Shown in pieces: positions 39,768 through 52,296 of a stretch of 64,000 bases of DNA. The position numbers and the translations under genes were made by a program. The stretch is from Psammoneis japonica. Its lineage: Eukaryota. Under the pieces are notes generated by a model. That model worked only from the letters and a program-made list of their open reading frames with translations. It was not told where the DNA came from and made no database searches. How positions within the stretch are numbered: position 1 is the stretch's first letter; each line of letters begins with the position of its first letter. Where the stretch lies: the NCBI GenBank assembly GCA_008632985.1, contig QPGO01000030.1:495135-559134 (forward strand), written 5' to 3'.

Positions 39768-40339
39768 TTGTACCTTTCGGATGGAAAATAGATGATAAAT
39801 ACAACATGTTTGTTTTATGTGTCTGTTCCCCGCCCGCCCCGCGCGCCCGCCCCAGACGCACGGTACAGTGCTGTACGTACGACAACGCATGCTCGTCATA
39901 CGGCAGTTAAATCAGACAGCCAACGAGGCACGGCGACACCCTTGTTGCGACGTTGATGAAACGAAGCGAAACTGACCCATTTCGAACGAGAAGTGTGCCG
40001 CACACATCCAATCAGCTACAACCACGAGACGAAAATCCACTCTTGTGGGACACTTCAAGCCGAACACTGGGCCGAAGGTGGTTGAGAGATGTCGCGACTC
40101 CCTTTTGTGTTTCATTTGGCTGTTGCAGCCAGACAATGTCACTGGGACGGGCTGTGTGTGGATTTGGTGGCGAAAGCAGCTGTGTTGCCTGCTCTGCGGT
40201 GCTCTCGCTGGATTGGCTTTGACTCTCAAAGACAGCCGTTCTAGCGACCCAAACAAGAAGAAGCTGCACGCATCAATTCAGGCCGGGGGGTTGGCAGAGC
40301 ATGCCAAGCTTCTGTTTCATTGGTGAAGCCAAAAATCCT

Positions 40340-42530
40340 CTGACCTTCAATTGTAAATTTATGGTGCTCAGCTCAATCCTCGAACATGTGCAGATTTGAC
40401 GGACAGGTCGGGTTGCGCGCTTCGTGCTCACTCATGGAGAAGAAATCCATTGAACTGATCTTTTCCCACACACGACACAACTTGTTGTAATTCTTCATGC
40501 GTGGCTGCAAGCAGATTGGCATGAAACCGATTTCCTTGTCTGCCAGCTCGTGGAGTGAAGTTTTGTCCGTTTCGTTGAGCAAGCGAAAGCATTTGCCAAG
40601 AAGCACCTTCTGCGTCAACACGAGATCAACACGTTTGGTGATGGATTTGTTGATTGAGTCTAGAATCGCTTGTTCTTCTTTTGACTTTTTGCCCATCTTG
40701 TAGAAAGGACGACTGCGCTTGCAGAACTGAGCGCAGAATTGCTCGTCATCCTTCAGGTGTTGGCAGAACTCACGATCCTTTTCAGCCAAGATGACGGCTT
40801 TCTCAAAATGCGGGTCGTCACTCGGAACGCCTTCAGTTGACACACGCACAGCAGCACGACAGCATGTTGTCCAATCCACATGCCTTCCAAACTTGAGCTG
40901 GTGCTCAAAGAATTCCTGGTTGAAAGGTGAGACATCTTGGGCGGGCATGGCAGTCTAACAATGACAGAAGCAGGGGGGGTTGTGTGCGGATGTCTTGTGT
41001 TGTCTGGTGTGAGGTGTGTTGGTGTTGTCTTCTTGCACTGTTCTGGGCTTTCAGCTTGTCGCAGAAAACATGTCGATGATCTCGCATGTAGAAATCAATG
41101 GAAATCTTCACTGAAAAGATCCTGGTGCGCCAGCGGAGTTTTTGCGTGTTTGACTGCATGTAGAAACACATGGCTGAGCATGGAGCAAAAGATCCTGGTG
41201 CGCCAGCAGAGTTTTTACGTGTTCGATTGTGTGTAGAAACACCCATCTGAGCATGGAGCAAAAGATCCTGGCACGCCAGTGCAGACATTGCGTGATCGCA
41301 TGTAGGGTCGGTCACACAGCCCCCTGCAACAATGCCACATTCGTCGTTCTCACTTCTCACGAGCATCACATCGGCAGCGATTCTCAAGCCAACCAAAGAC
41401 ATCAATGCCATTGTGACAAAGACGACGCGTTTTTCGCCGACGCCTTCGCAGAAGGAAGCTGTGGAGAACTTGAGGGATCAAGTCCACTGCTGTGACAATC
41501 ATTGGACAAAGAAGGAGAAAGATGCGCATTGGAGTGCACTCAAGCGTGATCACCAGCACACATTTCATTCTGGGAAAAAGCAACGCAATGGGAACTGCAC
41601 TCTGCATCCATCCATTCAACAGATCTGCGAGGAACCACTGTGGAGGGACCCAAAAAATCTAGCTTGCCTTGCGGAGTCTCATCGTCCAGTGGGGCTCAAA
41701 AAGGATCTCACGATCAGCAGAAATGCCGCATCGGCAAAAACCTCTTGTCAGTCAAGGTGCAACATTTGCTGCGCCCTCATTGCTCCTGCACGCAGTGAAT
41801 GCTTTGCCATCAAAAAGTGAGTGTGATGTCATCAGAGAAGTGTGCGATCTAAACTTTCTTTTGTCACCCATTGCTCATTGATTCTTTCTTTGTTCTGTTT
41901 GTTTTGCGGCAGGTGCAACGATTGCTCCATGCATTTGCTTGAAAAAATCTCACTCGCCTTCAGTCCAGACAGCCCATGTTCTGATGTGCACATGAATCCC
42001 AACGAAGCTGCTCTTGCCATCAAGCTCGCCATTGTGAAAAACCACTCTGTGTTGGAGGTTGCTGCCGTGATTGATGGCGATCGCAAAACGGACGACAACG
42101 ATCCAAGCATGAAGTGCAATCGCAAAACAGCAGAGCACACAAGCAAGGTGTTCAAGACTCATGAGCGTCATTTTCAAGAAATCATGCTCGGCGACATGGT
42201 GTTTGTTCTTGTCACAGATCATCGTCACAAGACGATTCGGGAACGTGATTCTGCGCGTGCCATGAAAGAGTTCCGCGCTCTTCATAAATCGCGCAAGGAG
42301 GCTACGGAACGGCATGCTCAAAAATTGAATGTCGATGAGCTGGAGGCATTTGCGGCTCCTCTCCGTGACCCCAACCATGGTGGTCGCAACTTCAACCACT
42401 TGGGCTTCCTTTGAGCTGTTCTCCCTCATTGGGAGAGCAAATCTGATGAGCTCAATCTCCCAGAAATCACAATGGAGAGTCCATTCCTCCAGGATCTCTC
42501 TCGCACCTGCGCAAACCAGTTGCTTCAGGG
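40340..42530. pseudogene. Copy B of the duplicated orphan-gene unit
   Basis: ORFs 40373-40948(-), 41332-41820(+) and 41842-42414(+) are homologous to copy A; this copy still keeps some Tyr (FYKMG, KNYNK). Confidence 0.7.
41085..41300. repeat. Three imperfect ~73-bp tandem repeats
   Basis: tgtagaaa...aaaagatcctgg(t/c)(g/a)cgccag recurs at ~41087, ~41159 and ~41232. Confidence 0.75.
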
Positions 42531-44569
42531 GACAGCAACAAAGAACGCACAGGAAAATGATCAGCTTTGTTGAAGAGAATGTTTTTGTAATGTCTGGATT
42601 AGATCATTGTAAACACAAACAAAACGTGCAACTTCGATCGCCGGGAGACTTGATCAATGTCCTTCAGACTGTGCTGCGCTTTAGCCAAACCGTGCAGTGT
42701 GACGCGTTGAGTGCATCTGGGACAGCTTCGCTCAATTGCATCAAGCAGGCACATTGTGCAAGAAAACCAATGTCTAAAACCAATGTTCAAAGAACTTGCT
42801 AAAACATGATCTCTTGGATCTGACACAGATCTGAGTTGAAATGCCTTTCCCGATGCTTCGCTGCCTCCAGCCTCTCTTCCGATGAATGCACCACAGCTGT
42901 CCAATGCAAGCTGGGGAGAATCAAAGGTGGACCCAGCCTTGCTGGAGACGGCAGCAATGAGAGAACCAGCTTCTTTCTTGCCTTTTCAAGACGGGAAAAA
43001 CATGAGAAAAAAGGAAACGTGAAAAAGCCCCATCGCTTGGTTTTGATGTGGTTCTGAACTCAAATGAGGGAAGCAAATGAATGACAAAAAGGCCACATCC
43101 TTCATCACAATGAGATGTGAGAACTTTCACTGAGATGTGATTCCAGCCCTGGGCATTTGAAAAAGCAAGCAAGAGAGAGAAGAGGGGTGCAGGGCTCCAT
43201 GTGTGACAGTGCCCATGCTTGCCTCGTGCGCTCCATCCCAAGGTGGGAATTCTTGGACATTTGTCAATTCCGTGTGTGAGCTCTGCAGCTCATGCAATGG
43301 GTGGAATCTTTGGCACAAAAACAAACAACATTTTTGCAGCGCTGCCCCAGCTTCAAAAATTTTGAAAATGAGCGACTGTCTGTGCACCCAGTGTGCTCAA
43401 AGAGAGAGCGAGTGCAAAGGAAAGCAGAGCAAATCACGAAAAGTGAAAATTGTGAGATTGGATTTTGCTCCACAATTTCAGGTTTCTTTGAATGAGTTCT
43501 CAATGGCCCAAATTGCTTGCTCTGCTTCTGCAAACCAAAAAGGCCTTTCGGGAAATCCAGCAGCAACAAGAGCAGCAGATTGCCTGGGTGCAATCAAAGC
43601 TGACATCTCATCTGTCAACATCATTGATCAATTCTTGCACTTGCAATTTTAGACATCCAACCAATTCTGTGCAATTGTTCTGACCTTTGTGCGCATCCAT
43701 GACTTCCATGTGATTGACACTCTGCTTGACAGTGCGTGCTGCACTCGCCTCCCCAATTGCACATTAGGGTCTCTTGTCAAATGGAGCCATTCAACAGACA
43801 TTGACAGCATCAACAACCTTGCTCCTGGTGTGCATTGTGCATGATGCACATGCAAAATTCAGTGGGGGGTCTTGCAGAATGACACCCAAAAGAAAGCACA
43901 TTGTCCTGGCAGCTGCTGCTCACCTTCCAGATGCTGCAAGCTGCGCAATCCTTCAACCATGCCTGTCAGCAGGGCCACCTTGAGCAGCTGCTCAGAGGCA
44001 CAGGGTGCCAGCAAGAAAGGCCTTGTAAAATGAGCGAAATGCACATTTTGACAAACTTCAATGTTGCTGAACAATGCTCACAGGATGTGTTGCCAATGCA
44101 TGCTCCACACCAGCACATTTCCTGCTGACACACAACAAATGATTCTTGCTGTGAAATTGTGCGCAGCTGGTCCAGCATGTTGGGTGGTGTTGGGTGTTGA
44201 AACCACAAAAGACACGTGGCAAATTGGCAAGAAATCAAAGCAGTGTGAGCTTGCAGCCACCGTGAGCTCAATGAATCCTGCCACCAGCTTTTGCATGTCC
44301 CCACCCACCATTTCAGTCTGTGCAAAATCAAAACAATTCAGCACATTTTCAAGTTTCCAGTGAGTCCTGGAGCTGTTTGTTGTCAAGCTCAGCAAAAACC
44401 CACTCTTGTGGTGAATTTTTTATTGTTGTGCTGTCCCCAGCACCCCATGGCTTGTTGCAGCACAATTCTGTTGCAAAGACAGAGCCCACACCAAAGCTCT
44501 GGTGACAGTCATTTCTGTGCAGCAAAACACAAAAAAGATCAGCACCACCTCATCTTGTGTTTCATGGCT

Positions 44570-45420
44570 GCACCACTGACTGCTGCTCCAACCACCCAAA
44601 ACCTTCACTCGCTCCTGCATCTCAGACCAAAAGTTGCCCCCACCACCACTTTGCCAACAATGAAAGCCTGTCAAGATCTGAGAACACAAACTTGGGCAGC
44701 TCAAGCATGACCTCAATGAGCCCAGCTGCTTTGCTGATGTGCACCTGTCAATGACAATGGAGGATGCAACCCAAGGCAGGATCATGCACGTCAGATCCAA
44801 CTGGATGCCAGCACCCTGCCAACTCACCAACAGCACTCAATGCCAGTGCAGCATGTTTCAAGCAAGATTGCCCAAGCTCTTTGCAAAATGCCAAGGCCCT
44901 CAGCTGGGCTTGCAAACAAGACAACTTTGTTGTCACCCAATGTGACAAAAACCTGGGCCCTGTCATCATGATGGGAAAAACTGAGCATGCCAAGATGGCG
45001 TCTTGAGATCACCTCAACAGCCCCAATGCATGCCAAAGAAAACTTGACAGTGGCTGGCCAACAATGCACAAAGCAAGCCTGTCTTCTGCAGAGCACAACA
45101 AGCACCTGAAGAGCCAGGTTGATGCTTCCTGAAGACACACCCTTCCCCATCTTCCACCTTGTGCTGAAGGCACACAAATCCCTGCCAATGTGAGCATGCT
45201 TCCTGAAGACACACCCTTCCCCATCTTCCACCTTGTGCTGAAGGCACACAAATCCCTGCCAATGTGAGCATGACCTGTCTTCTCTGTGAGTGATGGTTTG
45301 CTTGGGAACATGAGTCAAGGACAAGCTCCAACAAGCTGCTTGGCCCCAATGACCACAGCACTTCAAGACAAGCTCTTGAGCTGAGACAACAACAACTCAC
45401 CCAAGTGCAAGCTGGCACAC
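44570..45420 (+). mobile_element. Degenerate Penelope-like RT N-terminal fragment with an exact 74-bp tandem duplication (~45122-45270)
   Basis: QCDKNLGPVIM and PFPIFHLVLKAHK peptides match 54360-54620 of the longer copy. Confidence 0.75.
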
Positions 45421-46620
45421 CATCCATCATCAGAACAATCAATTGCGCCATCAAATGAGTGTGTCATGTCATGAACACACTTCACAAAACATTCCACATG
45501 ATCATGACAAAATTTCTCTTTCTCATCTTCACTCTGTCCGGATCCTTGATCAGATCTGCAATCCAACTGTTGACTGCCTTGGGAGTCAAATCAAAGAACT
45601 CCATTTTTCTGCAGAACCGCTTGTTGCTTCAATTTCCATGCAGGCAAAAATTTGTGGTGGAAGAACACCACTGACTTCCTCTGTGCATCACAAATGGCAC
45701 CATCATTGTCCCTCATGAGCCCACAATGGGTCATGATGACATCACGATCGGGGCTCTCAACATGTGCTTCACAAGGGCACCACATGCCCCATTCTTGTCC
45801 ATGCTGCAGGCAGGCAAGCAAACACTCAACTTTCCACATGGGTCAAAAAGGTCATTCTTGCTCTCAGGGTCAACTCAACCCATTGCCCAATGATCCAGTG
45901 ATGCACTGATCTTTGAAATGCCCTTCATTGCCAGGCTGGCCATGGATGACAACATGACATGTGCCTTGCTTGAGGCTTGAATTCCAGCATTTTGCCAGCA
46001 TTCTTTGGTCTTGTGAGCTTCACTTTCTTGATGCTTTGTTTTGTGTGTGTTCCCCTCCTCCAATCATTGTGAATGGACAACACTGGCACAGCAGACATGC
46101 TCTCTGATGTTTCAAAGCTCTGCTGTGCCATCTCTTCATGCATTTCTGTCAATGACTTGCATCTGCCCCACCACAGCAGGCCTTGCCACATGTCTTGATG
46201 ACTCTGGCTCCTCCCCCAATGGGAAGGTGCTGCCACATCTGGGTCTTCTGTCTTCATCTCCTTGACAGAGTCCAACACCTGCTGCAGGTCCAGGGTGTCT
46301 TGGTGGAGGCATGGACCAAGAGTCAGCATCTTCTGGTCACTCTCGTTCCACCTCTTCAACTCTTCCATCACTCTGTCACAATCTTTGTCTGTCATCTCTC
46401 ACTTTCTTGGGTCACTCAAACCCACAAGTCTCTCTTGGCAATCTGGCCAACAGTTTGGTGGCCACACCTTTGTCACCATGTTGTGAAACAAACAGAGCTC
46501 ACATGAGTTGTTGCCACTTGTGGCTGACATTTGTTCACAACAACAAATTCTGACTGGTTGGGCCATTTGGCTTGACACCCTTTCTGAGTTGCAGGGATCT
46601 TTCACCTGCTGCATGCATGA
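45420..46620 (-). mobile_element. Highly degenerate second Ty1/copia RT-RNaseH fragment
   Basis: Broken peptides reminiscent of SHDPK..MEEL, IGQ.QW and W.SK.Q..V motifs of diatom CoDi elements; weak similarity only. Confidence 0.35.
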
Positions 46621-46689
46621 GAGCTCTCATCTGATGTGTCACAAATCACAGAAAATGCTCCTGTCATGGAGTTGACAGCCCACATCAGC

Positions 46690-49600
46690 TTGTCTAAACT
46701 TTCAAAGCTTCTGGCCCTGCAATGGCTCAGTCACGAAGTCTCCAAGCGCGCCATTGGCAGGACAGTGTTGTGCTCTTAAGGTGCCCTTCTTGATTTGATT
46801 GGCAACAAAGAAATGCCAAATGACAAGTGCTCTGGACTGCTTGCCAGCACTCTTGCACCCATTGGTCTCAAGCAGTGTGGCACTCTTGTTGTCCCAATGC
46901 AGGACATTCTTGTCAATGAGGTGTCCGTTTTGCTCCATGAACAACTTTGTCCATGGCATCACAGCCATGGCATCATTGACTCCAACAAGTTCAGCTTGTG
47001 TGCTGCTTCAGATGTTGATCTTCTGGTGCTTCAACACAGCTTGCAATGCTCCATTGCCCATGGTCATGACTCCTCTGGTGTGGCTCTTGAAATCATCAAG
47101 ATGCGCTGCAAACAGTGATCCAAGCACCACTTGACAACTCAGAGGTCCTTTGCACTTGGCACAGAAACATCATTTCATGTCCGGCTCATGTGCTTGAGAG
47201 ACAACAGACTGGCTTTCTCCAGTCTTCATTGGCAGGTCCCCTGATGCATGATGCTGCATGAGGCGCACATCTGTGCAGCCTCTCTTGGGTGCAAGCAGTC
47301 TTTTGGCCACCCATGCATGGAATGCTTGTGCGCTCTCGGCTGGCAGTCTAGCGCCGCTGGTGTCAAATGGGTTCTCACCTGCTGGTGTCATGGCAGTGTC
47401 CATGCCCTGGATCTTTTCAACAAGCTGATCAATCATCTTGCTGCCAATGCAGCTGGTCATGTCAACCTTCACCTTGCCCTTGCAGCTGAAGTGCAGGGTC
47501 ACACCAAGACAGCCATGTCTTTTCCTTTGCATGGCAACAATGGCTTCACCATGGCTTCCACGCATCTTGTTTGGCCAGCTTGAAAATTTGTCATTTGCTT
47601 TTGAGTTCTTGTGGCTTGACATCAGGTCATCCACATGGAATCAGATGGTGAGCTGCTCGCCATTTGCAGAATTGCCTGTGCTGCAGCAGAGCCACAATCA
47701 ACACACTGCAAATGGCTCAGATGACTTGGACACAAAGGACTCACTTGCCCTTCTCCAGGGGTGGTCCACATGGATTGTGATCAATGCTCAATGGCATGTC
47801 AACCAGCTGTCCTGCAATCTTCATCACAATCTGGTCTTTGCCCTCCTCAGGCTCCAAAATCATCATCTGCACAAATGTGTTTGGTGCATTGACACTCATG
47901 ATGTTGCACTCTTTGTCAGCATCAATGACTTCCATCATCAGTGTTCCTTCTGAGGATGCTGCAGGGCTGGCTGACTCATCTTTGTCCAGCCATTCTTGTG
48001 TTGGTTTCCCATTTCAAAATCTTTTGCACTTTTGTGCAACTGTCTCATTTCTTTGTTGGAAACAATCAAGACTGCCATTGCCTTGGTCCTCCAAGTCAGA
48101 GTCATGTCCTTGACTGACAATGGCGCAGAGCACACTCAGTTGTGCAGTTCTTTCATTTCTTTCTCTGGGGCATCACCCCCCTGTGGCCAAATGATGCTTC
48201 AAGGCCTTCATGCAGCAGATGTTGTTGGGCAAATCAAACACCCTTGCCTGGTCAGAGTTGGTTGGCAATCTTGCACATGAAGTGCACTGCATTGCCACAT
48301 CACAAGCAAGCAATGTCATCCTCTGGATGGAGGCTCATGTTTGTTTGCAAATGATGGCAGTGTTTGAGCTTGTTTTGTTCTTGCTCCACTTCTTTGTTGG
48401 CATCTGCCACTCCTGCAAATTGAACTTTCCTTTTTTGCATTTGCGTGGTCTCATGTTGAAAGATGTGTCACATGGTTGCTCCACAGGCATTGCTCCACCA
48501 GGCACACCACTTGCTTCTTCCACCAATCTTTCTCCTTCCCATCCATTGTCCTCTTCATTGGGTTGGTCAGCATCTTGTGGTGGTTCTGTGGTTCCTTTGC
48601 ATTCCTTGTTGTCCTCACAGTCTTCATTTTTGTCACTTCCGCAGTTTTCATCATCATTTTCTTCTTCTTCTTCTTGGTTGCCATGTGATGTTGATCAGGA
48701 CTGAACCTTCTCTTTCATCTGCTGGAATCTCATTTTCTTCTTTGCGAGCACTCATCATCTGAGTCTGCCTCATCTTCACAATCTTCATCATCAAACTCGG
48801 TTCTTGCATGGCTGGCATCATGATGATCATCTTGTGTCTGCCCTTGCTGTCGCTTTTGTCACTGGTGCTTTGGTTGTTGTCCACTCCTGCAGCCCAGTTG
48901 GTGCTGCATAGATTGTCTCTGCACCAATTGCCCACAAGTTCAAAATCTTTGAAGCCTTGTTTTGTGGCCATCTTCTCAACTGCCTGTGTGTGTGTGTGTG
49001 TGTGTGTGTGTCAAGGCGCAGTTGCAGGGATTCAGTGGCTTGCCCATCTGCAGGTTCACAGTGCAGTGTTCACCCTTGGGCAAATCAAAATGTGGTCACA
49101 AGCATGCGCTGTCAATGTCACGTGCATCCAGAGCATTTGTTGGGTTGTCCTCAATGTGAGAAATCACAAATTCTCTGAACTGGAGCTGGAAGTGTTTGTT
49201 GCAATCAAGGTTCCTTCATTGCACAACAGCGTGTTTGCTGTGAGCATCCAAAATCCCCTCCTTTTGTGGCATGCTCATGCATCATCTTGGGTGTCATTTT
49301 GTGTGGTGCATGGTGCACAGTGGCTCAAGTTTGCTCCTTGATGGTCTGCATGCTCCGCTCACCTTTGGGAACATGCTCTTTTGTGTGAGTGAAAATCAAC
49401 TCCAGATTCACACCTTTGGCAACTTCCCCTGCATTTCCTTGAACTTGGAAAATCACACTCTGTGAAGTCAATCTTGAGTGGGGCCATGTTGTGCTGTCAG
49501 AGAATCATGCTCAGTGCTTCACACACATTGTCATGCTTCTTGGACCTCAGTCTCACTCTCAATTGACATCAGCTGATCGTCTTGTCTGTTGTGCACAGCA

Positions 49601-50920
49601 GCTTGGCACTGCATGCTTCCACAACATCAACGCAGAGGATTGCAGCACCTTTTCTCTCTCCCTCTCACATGTCTCAGGTGGTGTGGCTGTGAAGTTGTTC
49701 TTGCCTCTCATGAGAATTGGTGTGTGTGTGCTTGGTCTTGCCTTTTGGTGCATCCATTGGTTGGCCCCAAAATGGCAACCATCCTGTCCACATCTTCAGG
49801 AGGAGACTGATGGACAAGTTCTTCACCTGGTTGGAATGTAAAAATGACTTGAAATCCCTCACATTGGGTGTTCCAGCCTTGCAACACAGTCTGAGTGCTT
49901 GCTCAGCACGTGCCACCTCCCTCTTGGTGCAGCCCATGGAACTCTGTTCCACGATCAGAGCTGCAGTTCCAGGTGCACTTCTGTGCTTCTTGTTGGTCTG
50001 TTTCTTCATCTTCTTTGTCTTCTTCTTCAATGGCATGCTCGCATGTGTCTCACTTTCTTGGAGATCTTTTGTGCAGTCAAAAAACTCCTGGCTTGGCACA
50101 AAGGTGTGTGGCCCAATGTTGTTCACTTTGAACACCACAACCTGCTTGCTGGTTTTTTCTTGTCCAGCAGCCTGGACTCATTTGCCACTCAGTCATCATG
50201 AGTTGTGTGGTGCTTGCTCTTCACATCCTTTGGACTGAGAATGTTTGCTGCCATGTTCTGTGATCTGAGTTTCACACACCCCTGTCCACTGTCCGGGCAT
50301 GGCACAGGCTTTGTTCAAGGCATCCACTCCTGTGTCAGTGGACAGATCAGCTTCAGGGATTTGGCAAGTGTGTGGAGCAGGTGTTGACCTCTCATTGAGT
50401 TGAATGCAAGGAGTTGCATTGGCTTCAACAGCTTGATGGGATTGTCCCCAATCATGCTTGAGCAACTGGGACTGCCTTGCACTCTCTGCTTCATTTGCTT
50501 GGTGCAGCAGTCTTGTTCTCTTCAAGCTTCTTCACTTCATCATTGCAGTCATGGCCTGTGGCTCAGCCTTGCGCCAGCACCTCAGCTCTTTTTCTTCTTG
50601 CTGTCTTGTCTCCAGCTCCTTGTGGAGTCTGACCTTGACCCATCAGTTGGTGATTTTGTCTCTTGGGTGCACCCAAGGTGGGTTTCTCTTTGCTGAAGCC
50701 TTTGCAAATCCACCATGACAGGAGCTTCAACATCTTCTTTTCAATGTGTCTGGGGGGTCTCCTCTGTGTTTCTGCCATCTGGATGCTCCGGCACAATGAC
50801 CTTGACATTGATTGGGCCACCAACCCAACCAAGATCTTTTGCTGTGAATTTTGTGAATGTCAGCCACAACTTTTGCTCCAAGGCCTGTGCGTCCACACCA
50901 CCATCTGTGAAAAAGCTGTG
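46690..50920 (-). mobile_element. Degenerate Ty1/copia (CoDi-type) LTR retrotransposon internal region: gag, pre-integrase, integrase, RT, RNaseH
   Basis: RNaseH WTKLFMEQNGH...DNKSATLLETNG..SAGK.SR...HFF...HCP..GDFVTEPLQG; RT DDLMSSH...HGCLGVTLHFS.KGKVKVDM and VIDA...PNTFVQ; pre-integrase GCTKREVARAEQA..L...GTP..DFK...KGKT; domain order fits copia. No LTRs found. Confidence 0.85.
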
Positions 50921-50929
50921 AATCTCTGT

Positions 50930-52094
50930 GACTGTGCAAACCGCCACTCTCTTCCCACATGCTGTCTGGCCTCATGGTGGGCATGTGCATTTTTGGCTCA
51001 AAAGCCTCTGCTCCAGCCTCAACAACACAAAATTGAAGACGAAGCTTCCACGCCTTCATTTGCAAGTGTGTGGCTGCAAGCCCAGCAATGAGCTGCAGCT
51101 GCTGCTTCAATTTTGGCAATGCACCCAGAGCAGATGCACCCCCAGCATCCCCCCGCCCCCCCCTCCATGTGCACGTGCCACTTCACCCAAACAACCTGCC
51201 ATCCAGCAAACTTTGAAAGCTTTGGAAGGGAGACATGGCCCACATCTTCTTGCACATCCCATGTCATCTGTCACCTGGCCAAATGACCCACCATCAAGCA
51301 AGCTGCAGAAGCTCCAGAAAGTGACAATGGCCAACCCTCCCTTCTCACAACCCCTCTCAAACCTCCACAATCATGTGCAACAATGTGCTGAACTTGATTG
51401 CATGATTGCCTGCTGTGCAGTTGCTTGCATGACCTTGGAGATTTGCTCTCACACTGCAACCTTCACATCTCCCATGCCCCCCCCCCCCCCCCCCCCCCCC
51501 ACTTTCATCCTGCGATCTCACTCCAAGGCTCCCACCTTCATGCCACCCTCTGCAAAAAAAAAAGTTTGTTCCACCCCACTCAGCTCATCCACCTCTGGAG
51601 CACACACTGGCCTGATCATGGGCATCCTCTTCCACTTCAAAAACATTTGCTCCAACACTGCCGATGCAAAAGTGAAAACAAGACCACTCTGCCTTTGACT
51701 TCAAGCTTGAGGCCACAAGCCCAGCAAAATGCAACTGCTCTTCAGAAAGGCACATGTCCTCATCTTTGGCAATGCCACCAGAACAACTCAAAACCCCCAG
51801 CCAAATCCCATCTTCTTGCCCATCCCTTGTCACCCAAATGACCTGCCATCGAGTGAGCTGCAGGAGCTGTGGAAAGGTGCAATGGCTGCTCCTCCCTGCT
51901 CACAATCCCCCTCAAACCTTTGAAATCATGCTCAACAATGCATCAGCCTTGACTGCATCATGATTGTCTGTTGCAGCCAGCACTTGCACAACCTTGGAAA
52001 CCTTCTTTCCTGCTGCAAACTTTGCATCTCCCATGCCCCCCAGTTTCATCCTGTCGGATTGCAAACAGGGTGGCCAGTTTGTTCAAGCAAGAGA

Positions 52095-52128
<34 letters not shown>

Positions 52129-52130
52129 AA
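50930..52130 (+). mobile_element. Two tandem 3'-end fragments of the Penelope-like element, the second ending in (GA)n
   Basis: Homologous to 55300-55800 (HP.G..TGLIMG, NDPPSSELQ.LW, NLGNLLS); poly-C at ~51476-51500; GA/GACA tract 52090-52130. Confidence 0.8.
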
Positions 52131-52232
52131 GACTGCGTGGTGAACTGATTTAAAAAAAAACAACAACTGATCAAGTCTGCTTGTCTGTCCTCCACCAGTT
52201 GGATCTTTTAATGCAACAACCTCAACCACATC

Positions 52233-52296
52233 AACAACAGCAGCCAGCCACTGATGAAGCAACTGTGAAAGTCTCTCTCCTGACTTCAGCCAACAG
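52233..52296 (+). ncRNA. Minimal type I hammerhead ribozyme, degenerate (copy 1)
   Basis: CTGATGA at 52251, GAAA at 52267, GTC/GAC stem III, TT at the cleavage position. Confidence 0.55.

Noticed and set aside
39355..41300. CRISPR-like array
   Set aside because: The repeats are tRNA fragments or simple ~73-bp tandem units with repeated rather than unique spacers; there are no cas genes and the context is eukaryotic.
45400..50930. Paired LTRs, PBS or PPT for the copia element
   Set aside because: No convincing direct repeats could be seen; both ends abut other elements.
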